Assembly: GCF_001306055.1 (NCBI RefSeq)
Contig: NZ_LGHJ01000012.1
Location: forward strand, 30,001-62,000
Length of the DNA: 32,000 nucleotides
Direction of reading: 5' to 3'
Source of the DNA: Bellilinea caldifistulae
Lineage (GTDB): Bacteria; Chloroflexota; Anaerolineae; Anaerolineales; Anaerolineaceae
Of this stretch, positions 24,385 through 32,000 are shown in pieces. Every line of letters starts with the position of its first letter. The first letter of the stretch is position 1. Both the position numbers and the translations under genes were made by a program. The notes under the pieces were generated by a model that searched no databases, had not been told where the DNA came from, and saw only the letters and a list, made by a program, of their open reading frames with translations.

Positions 24385-24414
24385 GACGGGAGTATAATTC
24401 TCCCGTCGTTTTTT
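24385..24414 (+). terminator. rho-independent terminator
   Basis: GACGGGAG (24385-24392) pairs with CUCCCGUC (24400-24407) around the loop UAUAAUU. GUUUUUU follows. Confidence 0.8.
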
Positions 24415-24475
24415 AGCGCTTCAACCCGATCAGTAAGTCCACCTGACTTCACAATTCCATAAGGAGAATAAGAAG

Positions 24476-25510
24476 ATGAAGAAATTTGTGTTTCTGCTGA
24501 CCATTGTGACTTTAATCTTCAGTCTGGCAGCTTGCGCCCCGGCCACCAGCACCCAGGAACAACCCAAGCGGGTCGTCTACCTGATTAACGGCGCACTCGG
24601 CGATAATGCCTTCTACGATTCCGGCAAGGCCGGCATTGACAACATCGCCAGGGAGTACGGTGTAGAAACCCGCACCATCGAATGCAACTTCGATGCCGGC
24701 AAATACGAACCATCCCTGCGCGCCGCTGTGGACTTCGCCGATGTGATTTTTGTGATTTCCTACGGCTTTGAGGATCAATTGAAAGAATTTGCCGACCAGT
24801 ACCCGAATAAAATCTTCGTCAACATTGACACCGTCGTCGAAAACAGCAAAAAGACCATCACCTCGGTTGATTTCATTGAGGAAGAGAGCGCCTACCTTGC
24901 CGGTGTAGTCGCCGGTTTGGCAACCCTCGATACCACCATCCCCAACATCAACCCGGATAAAATCATCGGTGTGGTCGGCGGCGATGTGGACCCGGTGGTC
25001 AGCGCATTTGTGTTTGCCTACGAAAACGGCGCAAAATCAATTGACCCGGAAATTCAGGTATTGAAGAAATCGTTAGGCGGCGCCTGGGATGACTCGGCCC
25101 GCGGCAAGCAGGCTGCCCTGCAATTGTATGATCAGAAAGCCGATGTCGTCTTTCAGGTGGCTGCCGCGGCTGGGATCGGCGTTTTGCAAGCTGCCCGCGA
25201 ACGCCAGTTATATGCCATCGGCGTAGACACCAACCAGAACGACCTCGAACCCGGTTATGTGATCGCCAGCGACATTAAGAACGTCGGCAAGGCGATTGAA
25301 GATGTGTACAAAGCCATCAACGATGGCACCTACCAGCCCGGTCAGGTGTTGAAGTACGGCATTGCTCAGGGCGGTGTGGATATTGCCCTCGAAGCCCAGA
25401 TCCAGGTACTGCCTCAATCCATCATAGATCAGGTCATGGCGCTCCGCCAGCAGATCATTGACGGCAGTCTAAAAATCGAACTGTACAACAATCAGAATGT
25501 CTGGCAGTAA
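24476..25510 (+). CDS. BMP-family (PnrA/Med-like) ABC transporter substrate-binding lipoprotein
   Basis: The lipobox is LAAC. The fold-typical GDNAFYDSG and IGVDTNQN segments match basic membrane protein / purine-nucleoside receptor family SBPs. A strong AAGGAGA SD is present. Confidence 0.9.
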   Translation: MKKFVFLLTIVTLIFSLAACAPATSTQEQPKRVVYLINGALGDNAFYDSGKAGIDNIAREYGVETRTIECNFDAGKYEPSLRAAVDFADVIFVISYGFEDQLKEFADQYPNKIFVNIDTVVENSKKTITSVDFIEEESAYLAGVVAGLATLDTTIPNINPDKIIGVVGGDVDPVVSAFVFAYENGAKSIDPEIQVLKKSLGGAWDDSARGKQAALQLYDQKADVVFQVAAAAGIGVLQAARERQLYAIGVDTNQNDLEPGYVIASDIKNVGKAIEDVYKAINDGTYQPGQVLKYGIAQGGVDIALEAQIQVLPQSIIDQVMALRQQIIDGSLKIELYNNQNVWQ

Positions 25511-25541
25511 ATCACTGTCTGACTTTGCAGGAAAATCTTTC

Positions 25542-25572
25542 AGGATGGGTGAAGGACATCTTCACCCATCCT
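25542..25572 (+). other. intercistronic stem-loop after the SBP gene
   Basis: A perfect 13-bp stem joins AGGAUGGGUGAAG and CUUCACCCAUCCU around a 5-nt loop. No U tract follows. Confidence 0.6.
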
Positions 25573-25595
25573 TCTAAAACAGGTCGTTCAACAGC

Positions 25596-27134
25596 ATGAC
25601 AAACAACCCAACCTTGATCGAAATGCGTCACATCGTTAAGGTTTATCCGCCCAGTGTGCTGGCCCTGGACGATGTGACAGTGGACTTTCGGCGCGGCGAA
25701 ATTCATTCGATTGTCGGTGAAAATGGCGCCGGCAAAAGCACCCTGATGAAGGTGCTCTACGGCCTGACCCAGGCCAACTCCGGTGAAATCATTTATAAAG
25801 GCGAACCCGTCCACTTCCGCGAACCCGGTGAGGCGATTGCAGCCGGGATTGGCATGGTTCATCAGGAAATCGTCCTCATTCCAGAGTACACCGTTTGGGA
25901 AAACATCGTGCTGGGAGTTGAGCCGGTCAACTGGCTGGGAAAAATTGACCGCCAGCGCGCCCGCCAACTGGTCAAACAGAAAATTGACGAATTCCAGTTC
26001 AACCTCGACCCGGATGCCAGGGTGGAAAGCATCTCGGTGGCTGCCCGTCAAAAGGTGGAAATCCTCACCCTGCTTTACCGCAACGTGGAAGTCCTGATTC
26101 TGGACGAGCCGACCGCCGTATTGACCCCGCAGGAGATTCCCCAGCTGTTTGCCGAACTCAACCGCCTGCGGGACGGCGGCCACACCATTTTATTCATTTC
26201 CCACCGGCTTGAAGAGGTGTTGGAACTGAGTGATCGCATTACCGTCATGCGCAAGGGTAAAAAGGTGGATACTGTACCGGCTTCTGCCACTACCCGCCAG
26301 GAACTGGCACGCATGATGGTCGGCCGGGATGTAATTTTCACCACGCGGCGGAAACCGCAGCCGCCAGGTGAAGCCGTGCTGCGGGTGGAAAACCTCAGCC
26401 TGCGCGAGGATCACGGGCGGGTACGCCTGAACAACCTCAATTTTGAAGTACGGGCTGGTGAAATTGTCGGTGTGGCTGGCGTAGAAGGCAACGGACAGTT
26501 TGAATTGGTCAACACCCTGATGGGCATTCAAAAACCAACCAGCGGACGGATTTTCATCCGCAATGTGGACATTACCCACTTCGATATTCTGCAAAGGCGC
26601 CAATACATCTCGTTTGTCCCGCAGGATCGTGGCAAAATGGGCGCCAGTTTGGTAGCACCGCTCTGGGAAGACGCGATTATGACCCATCATCGCCTTAACC
26701 CGCGTTTTTCGCAGTGGAACGGACTGCTGCTCAACACCCGCTTTGCCCAGCAATTCACGCGGGACTTGATTGAAAACTTTTCGGTTGTAGCGCCTTCACC
26801 GCGCGCTCCTTTCCGCACGCTCTCCGGCGGAAACCAGCAAAAGGTCATTGTCGGTCGGGAATTACTCCTGCAAAGCGATTTTGTTCTGCTCGACCAACCA
26901 ACCCGTGGGCTGGATGTCGGCTCGATGGAATACATCCACGACCAGATCCTCCGTATTCGCGCCGAAGGCCGGGCAGTATTGATGATTTCGGCGGATTTAG
27001 AGGAAATTTTCCTGCTTTCCGACCGTATTCTGGTACTCTACCGCGGCCAGCTGGTTGGCAACCTGCCGGTTGAACAAACCAATCCGCAGGAAGTCGGATC
27101 CTTAATGCTGGAGGGGCAAGTTCAAAGCTCATGA
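25596..27134 (+). CDS. ABC transporter ATP-binding protein, duplicated NBD (sugar/nucleoside importer type)
   Basis: The first Walker A is GENGAGKST. The second NBD has GVEGNGQ, the signature LSGGNQQK and [10 protein letters not shown]. Confidence 0.9.
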   Translation: MTNNPTLIEMRHIVKVYPPSVLALDDVTVDFRRGEIHSIVGENGAGKSTLMKVLYGLTQANSGEIIYKGEPVHFREPGEAIAAGIGMVHQEIVLIPEYTVWENIVLGVEPVNWLGKIDRQRARQLVKQKIDEFQFNLDPDARVESISVAARQKVEILTLLYRNVEVLILDEPTAVLTPQEIPQLFAELNRLRDGGHTILFISHRLEEVLELSDRITVMRKGKKVDTVPASATTRQELARMMVGRDVIFTTRRKPQPPGEAVLRVENLSLREDHGRVRLNNLNFEVRAGEIVGVAGVEGNGQFELVNTLMGIQKPTSGRIFIRNVDITHFDILQRRQYISFVPQDRGKMGASLVAPLWEDAIMTHHRLNPRFSQWNGLLLNTRFAQQFTRDLIENFSVVAPSPRAPFRTLSGGNQQKVIVGRELLLQSDFVLLDQPTRGLDVGSMEYIHDQILRIRAEGRAVLMISADLEEIFLLSDRILVLYRGQLVGNLPVEQTNPQEVGSLMLEGQVQSS

Positions 27135-28168
27135 GACAAAAGATCCTCAATGCTTTGATCGGGATTGTAGTGGCTCTCCTTCTGGGAGCCGTTCTGCTCC
27201 TGTTGCAGGGCTACGATCCGCTGGCCACCTACGAAGCACTCTTCCGCTATTCATTGTTCGGTTACTATCCATTTGCCACTACCCTGCGCAATGCAGTGCC
27301 GCTCGTGCTGCCGGGCCTTTCGGCAGCCATTGCTTTTGCCTCCGGGGTGGTCAATTTGGGGCAGCCCGGTCAACTGGTGATGGGAGCCTTGTTTGCCACG
27401 GTTGGCGGCCTTTACCTTGACTTGCCCCCCGCCCTGATGATTCCGGTGCTGGCGCTGCTGTCCATGCTGGGCGGATTGTTATGGGCGGGAGTGGCGGCTC
27501 TGCTGCGCCGCTTCTTTGATATGAGCGAATTCATCGTAACCTTGATGCTCAACATGATTGCTGACTTCTTCACCGCCTGGGCGATCACGGAACCCTTCAA
27601 AGACCCGGCCGCCTTCTCGCCAATGACCCCCCAAATCAACCCCAATGGCTGGCTGCCAAAGTGGGGCGAGTTCAATACCATGATTTTGTTCATGTTCGCC
27701 GCCGTCATCCTTGCCTGGTTCGTGTTCAACCGCTGGAAAGCCGGTTATGAATGGCGCATCACCGGGCAGAACGCCCTGTTTGCCCGGCTTGGGGGCTGTA
27801 ATATCAACCGCAACTTCATGGCGGTGATGCTGATGACCGGCGCACTGGCCGGACTGGCCGGCGGACTGGTGGTCATGGGTGGCCCGCACCGCTTCATCCG
27901 CGGGTTGGGTGCCAATTATGCCTGGGACGGTGTCATGATCGCCATTGTGGCTAACAATGGTCTGATTGCCACCTTTTTATACGGTTTGTTTTTCAGCGCC
28001 ATTCAGACCGGCGCACTGGGCATGGAGCTGATCACCAGTGTTCCCAACGAAATTTCTCAGGTCTTGCAGGCGGTTTTGGTACTGGTGATCGTTGCCAGCC
28101 GCGAGTATTTGAATACCTTTGTGGAGCAACGGGCTGCCCGCCGCCGGGCGCGGGAGGCGCGCACATGA
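27131..28168 (+). CDS. ABC transporter permease (BMP-family system)
   Basis: A multi-TM product. It overlaps the ATPase gene by ATGA (27131-27134). Confidence 0.85.
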   Translation: MRQKILNALIGIVVALLLGAVLLLLQGYDPLATYEALFRYSLFGYYPFATTLRNAVPLVLPGLSAAIAFASGVVNLGQPGQLVMGALFATVGGLYLDLPPALMIPVLALLSMLGGLLWAGVAALLRRFFDMSEFIVTLMLNMIADFFTAWAITEPFKDPAAFSPMTPQINPNGWLPKWGEFNTMILFMFAAVILAWFVFNRWKAGYEWRITGQNALFARLGGCNINRNFMAVMLMTGALAGLAGGLVVMGGPHRFIRGLGANYAWDGVMIAIVANNGLIATFLYGLFFSAIQTGALGMELITSVPNEISQVLQAVLVLVIVASREYLNTFVEQRAARRRAREART

Positions 28169-29061
28169 AAATCCTCATCGGACTGATCAACGGCATGATT
28201 TCGGGGGCCACCCCCATTTTACTGGCCGCCCTCGGCGGCGCCTACACCTACTACGCCGGTGTCTTCAACATCGCCATGGAGGGGATGCTCCTGACGGGTG
28301 CCTTCTTTGCCGTGCTGGGTTCGTACTACACCGGCTCCTGGCTGATTGGCGTCCTGCTGGCAATTTTGGGCGCATTATTTCTCTCGCTCATTTTCATCCT
28401 TTTCGCAGTGGTGTTGAAAACGGATGAATTTGTCACCGGTATCGCCCTGAACTTGTTTGCTGTCGGTGCCACCACCTACATGCTCCGCAAAATCTTCAGC
28501 GTAAAAGGGGTTTTCTCCAATCCCGCCATCCAGCCCATCCCCGCCATCCGTCTGCCGCTGGCAGAAAATATCCCGTTCGTGGGTGAGATTCTCTCCGGAC
28601 AAATCCTAATGGTCTGGGTCGCCGGGCTGGCCACCATTCTGACCTATTTTCTCATCTTCCAAACCCGATTTGGACTGCGCCTGCGGGCAGCCGGTTACAA
28701 TCCGGCCCGTCTCGATTCAAGCGGAGTCCCTTCCAGCCGGATGCGTGCCCTTTCCTTACTTGCCTGCGGGGTATTGTGCGGATTAGGCGGATCTTTCCTC
28801 TCGCTGGGTTATGTTAACCTGTTCGCCGAGAACATGTCCGCCGGACGGGGATGGATCTCGCTGGCAGCCATCATCCTGGTCAACGGCAACCCCCTGGGAA
28901 TTGCCTTGATTTCGCTTTTGTTTGGTTTTTCGGACGGGCTGGGTTTATTGCTGCAGGGTTACCGCGTTCCCTCCCAGTTCACCGCCATGGTGCCTTATAT
29001 CGCCACCCTGATTGCGTTATACTTCTACGCAGCCCGAAAACGGAGGTTAAACTCAGCATGA
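28165..29061 (+). CDS. ABC transporter permease (BMP-family system, second subunit)
   Basis: A multi-TM product. It overlaps the preceding permease gene by ATGA (28165-28168). Confidence 0.85.
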   Translation: MKILIGLINGMISGATPILLAALGGAYTYYAGVFNIAMEGMLLTGAFFAVLGSYYTGSWLIGVLLAILGALFLSLIFILFAVVLKTDEFVTGIALNLFAVGATTYMLRKIFSVKGVFSNPAIQPIPAIRLPLAENIPFVGEILSGQILMVWVAGLATILTYFLIFQTRFGLRLRAAGYNPARLDSSGVPSSRMRALSLLACGVLCGLGGSFLSLGYVNLFAENMSAGRGWISLAAIILVNGNPLGIALISLLFGFSDGLGLLLQGYRVPSQFTAMVPYIATLIALYFYAARKRRLNSA

Positions 29062-30458
29062 TCGAACTCCCCCACCCCCTGCCTGAACGCGCCTGGCAAA
29101 TTGATCGAGCCATCCGCCTGAATGCCGTTCCACTTGACCGGCGCATCCATCCCAGCCAGTGGTACAACACCAGCACCGTATTCCCGCACGGGGACGACCT
29201 GATTGCCTTATTTTGGAACGCGCGGGTACCGGGCTCCGGCGCGCCGGAAATCCCGTATGTCGAAATGGTGCAGTCCCGCTACAATCAGGGTTTTGAGGTC
29301 AGCGAAGCGGAAGCGCTCATCCCGCAAGGACTGCAACTGGCCGCCGAGAAACGGCGCGACGATCTACGCGCCCACACCGCCCGTTTGCTCAGCGCCTTGC
29401 ACAACGCCCCGCGCATCCCCACCCACCCCTACTGGCAGTATCAGCGCCCGATGGATTGGGAAAGCATCCTCTCCAACATGAAGAATCCCACTTCGCAACC
29501 CGAAAGCAGCGCCCAAATGGATCTGGGCGATAAGCTGCTGCATGGATGGCTGGGGCAGCTGGCCGGCGGAAGTTTTGGTACGGTGATTGAAGGCTATCAT
29601 TCTAGCCAGATCCAAAAAGTGTACGGCGTGATTGACCACTATCTGATCGAGCCTGAAACGGTTAATGATGATGTGGTCTACGAGCTGGTATTTCTGGATG
29701 TGTTTGAAAAGCACGGCCGCAGCCTGACTTCAACCGATATCGGGCTGGAATGGCTTCGTCAGATTCCGTTTGGCTGGTCGGCCGAGTGGATCGCCCTGAA
29801 CAACCTCTCGCTCGGCTTCTTGCCGCCACTTTCCGGCGCTTTTCGCAATCCGTATAATGACTGGATTGGCGCGCAAATGCGCGGAATGGTATGCGGCATG
29901 CTGGCACCCGGCTGGCCGCTGGAAGCCGCCCGCCTGGCTTTTCTGGACGGGTGTGTTTCCCATGCGGCTAATGGCGTCTACGGTGGAATGTACGCTGCCG
30001 TCTTGACTGCGCTTGCCTTTGTGCGGGATGACCTGCGCGCCATGCTGGAAGAAGGATTGAACTACTTGCCGCAGCGCAGCGAGTACGTGGCAGTTGCCCG
30101 AGAAATTTTACAAACGCTCGCCACCACGCCCGACCCATTGCAAGCCTGGCAGCAACTGGACACGCGTTTTGAGGAGTACAACTGGATTCACGCCTATCCC
30201 AACCTGGCCGCAGATTTATTTGCCCTGTGGCATTGCAACGGCGACATGACGACCGCTTTCCGCTGGCTGGCCCACGCCGGGCTGGATGTGGACTGCAACG
30301 CCGGCCTGGTAGGGACGGTTTTAGGAATCATGTTCGGTACGCCCGCAAAATGGGCGGAACCGCTGCAAGATACCCTGGAAACCTACTTACGCGGTAAAGA
30401 ACGGCTCTCCATCCGGGCTCTTGCCGAGCGCACCTTGCAGTTAATAAAATCCAGTTAA
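29058..30458 (+). CDS. ADP-ribosylglycohydrolase (ARH/DraG) family protein with an N-terminal extension of about 150 aa
   Basis: ATG 29058 overlaps the permease stop by ATGA, and GGAGG lies 11 nt upstream. [25 protein letters not shown] and the C-terminal [20 protein letters not shown] resemble the N- and C-terminal metal-site motifs of the ARH family. The track start 28851 lies inside the permease gene. Confidence 0.75.
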   Translation: MIELPHPLPERAWQIDRAIRLNAVPLDRRIHPSQWYNTSTVFPHGDDLIALFWNARVPGSGAPEIPYVEMVQSRYNQGFEVSEAEALIPQGLQLAAEKRRDDLRAHTARLLSALHNAPRIPTHPYWQYQRPMDWESILSNMKNPTSQPESSAQMDLGDKLLHGWLGQLAGGSFGTVIEGYHSSQIQKVYGVIDHYLIEPETVNDDVVYELVFLDVFEKHGRSLTSTDIGLEWLRQIPFGWSAEWIALNNLSLGFLPPLSGAFRNPYNDWIGAQMRGMVCGMLAPGWPLEAARLAFLDGCVSHAANGVYGGMYAAVLTALAFVRDDLRAMLEEGLNYLPQRSEYVAVAREILQTLATTPDPLQAWQQLDTRFEEYNWIHAYPNLAADLFALWHCNGDMTTAFRWLAHAGLDVDCNAGLVGTVLGIMFGTPAKWAEPLQDTLETYLRGKERLSIRALAERTLQLIKSS

Positions 30459-30459
30459 C

Positions 30460-31764
30460 TCAAACCGCAACGGGCGTGCTTTCGAGGTAAATCGTCTCGC
30501 TCTTATCGTCGTAGCCCAGCACCTCGGCATAACGGCCCCAATTCACCACCGTTTCCAGTTGTTTCTCGGCTTCTTCGGGCGGAAATTCCAGTTCGAGCGC
30601 AGTTTGAATCACATTCCACTTCAACTGCTGATTCTCCGCCGAGCGCAGCATGTTGATAATCCAGCGGAAAATCGGCAGACGGCGGATGCGGGTTGCAAAA
30701 ATTTCCTTGCGCGCCAGAATGCTGGCTTCAGCAAAGGTTTCGCCCAGCACCGTCAGGGTAATATCGCCTTTCTGAATGGTCGCAAAGCGCAGCAGTTCGG
30801 CTGCCTCGGTCAAGCGCAGCAAGGTGTCCGAGTCAATCGAAAGTTCCTCAGCCAGACGATAGATATCCGCCCCATCTTTGTGGTTCTCAAAAATGTGTTC
30901 GAGCATACCGGTCAAATCACTGATGCTGATTTCCGGTAAGGCGCGGGTCGTACCCGGCTCACCCGGCGCCGATCCCAATTCTTCGGCTTCGGTCATGGTC
31001 TGTCCGGCAAGGATACCGTAGGTTCGGTCTACCAGCGCCTGAAATTCGGGTGATTTGCGCTGGCGCGGATGCGGCAGATTCACCTCAAAATCGGCTACCA
31101 CCCGTCCCGGGTTTTTATCCATTACCACCAGGCGGTCTGCCATAAAAACCGCTTCCTCGATATTGTGACTGACCATCAGGATGGCACGGGTTGGGATGTT
31201 GCCGCTCAGCCACAACTCAAGCAACTCGCCCCGCAGGGATTCGGCGCTCAGCACATCCAGCGCCGAAAACGGCTCATCCAGGCAGAGCAGCTCCGGCTCA
31301 ACCGCCATGGCACGCGCAAAACCCACTTTTTGGCGCATCCCACCAGAGAGTTCACGAGGATAAGCATTTTCAAAGCCATCCAGACCGACCCGGTCAATCA
31401 GGTCAATGGCCAGCCGGCGGCGGTTGTCCGCCTCCACCCCGCGGGCTTTGAGCGCCAGTTCAACATTTTCCTGAACGGTCAGCCACGGGAAGAGCGCAAA
31501 GGTCTGGAAGACAATCGAGGCATAGGGGTTTACTCCCATCAACCTTTGCCCACGGTAAAACACATCCCCCTCCGAGGCCTTTTGCAGACCGGTGATAATC
31601 CGCAGTAACGTGCTTTTACCACAGCCGGACGGCCCCAACAGAGCAACATATTCGCCTTCCCGCACGGTCAGGTTGACCTTGTCCACAGCCACAAAACGTT
31701 TCTCGCCGCTGCCGTACAACTGAGACACATTTTTCAGTTCGAGTAACACCGAATCGTTGCTCAT
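30460..31764 (-). CDS. NitT/TauT-family ABC transporter ATP-binding protein with an extra C-terminal domain
   Basis: Walker A is GPSGCGKST, the signature is LSGGMRQK and Walker B is LCLDEPFSALD. About 180 additional C-terminal residues remain with no NBD motifs. Confidence 0.85.
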   Translation of the reverse strand: MSNDSVLLELKNVSQLYGSGEKRFVAVDKVNLTVREGEYVALLGPSGCGKSTLLRIITGLQKASEGDVFYRGQRLMGVNPYASIVFQTFALFPWLTVQENVELALKARGVEADNRRRLAIDLIDRVGLDGFENAYPRELSGGMRQKVGFARAMAVEPELLCLDEPFSALDVLSAESLRGELLELWLSGNIPTRAILMVSHNIEEAVFMADRLVVMDKNPGRVVADFEVNLPHPRQRKSPEFQALVDRTYGILAGQTMTEAEELGSAPGEPGTTRALPEISISDLTGMLEHIFENHKDGADIYRLAEELSIDSDTLLRLTEAAELLRFATIQKGDITLTVLGETFAEASILARKEIFATRIRRLPIFRWIINMLRSAENQQLKWNVIQTALELEFPPEEAEKQLETVVNWGRYAEVLGYDDKSETIYLESTPVAV

Positions 31765-31768
31765 GGGT

Positions 31769-32000
31769 TCACTCCATCCGGTAAATTTCTTCGGCCTGCC
31801 GGTACAACGGCCGCCATACCAGCCGGTTGATCAGCACCACCACAACCACCATGACCAGAGTGCCTGCCAGCAGCAGAGGATAGTTCCCTTGATCGGTTGC
31901 ATGAGAAATGACCGCACCAATGCCGATTGTCTGCTGAACCTTGCCGCTAAAGGTCACATACTCTGCCACAATGCTGGCGTTCCAGGCTCCCCCGCTGGCG
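31769..32000 (-). CDS. NitT/TauT-family ABC transporter permease (partial, 5' end outside the window)
   Basis: The frame is open to the window edge (...AGGAWNASIVAEYVTF...LINRLVWRPLY..., a typical C-terminus for this permease family). Its stop lies 4 nt upstream of the ATPase start. Confidence 0.75.
   Translation of the reverse strand, partial: ASGGAWNASIVAEYVTFSGKVQQTIGIGAVISHATDQGNYPLLLAGTLVMVVVVVLINRLVWRPLYRQAEEIYRME

Overview
The window reads as a chromosomal segment of about 55-60% GC. The protein sequences suggest a Chloroflexota/Anaerolineae-like bacterium, but that is an impression I cannot verify here. Most of it is ordinary housekeeping. It carries a CbiX-type chelatase, a Tat-exported L,D-transpeptidase, the SRP RNA (missed by the ORF track), and a speH-speE polyamine pair flanked by three SAM methyltransferases including UbiE/MenG. 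It also carries a soluble GAF-GAF histidine kinase, a CDP-alcohol phosphatidyltransferase, lysS, greA and a four-subunit 2-oxoacid:ferredoxin oxidoreductase operon. The rest is moaA, an ABC-2 exporter operon, a BMP-type (nucleoside-like) ABC importer operon ending in an ADP-ribosylglycohydrolase-family gene, and the start of a NitT/TauT-type ABC transporter. I found no CRISPR array, transposase, integrase, tRNA or rRNA. The most unusual feature is an untranslated leader of about 290 nt (10745-11038). It lies between a near-consensus promoter and a secreted, Thr/Pro-repeat, LPXTG-like surface protein gene. It contains two tandem ~58-nt units with identical long-range helix strands, a covarying internal hairpin and a conserved junction. 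The 3' strand of the second unit overlaps the 5' arm of an intrinsic terminator, which is classic riboswitch or attenuator architecture. I cannot assign it to a known RNA class from memory. Second-tier observations are a single-gene low-GC island encoding a polytopic GT-C-like membrane protein (18.9-20.6 kb), an Ig-like/zinc-ribbon membrane protein coupled to the ABC-2 exporter, the ARH-family gene translationally coupled to the BMP importer, and an orphan kinase overlapping menG/ubiE. Many long antisense shadow ORFs in the track are artefacts of GC-rich coding sequence.
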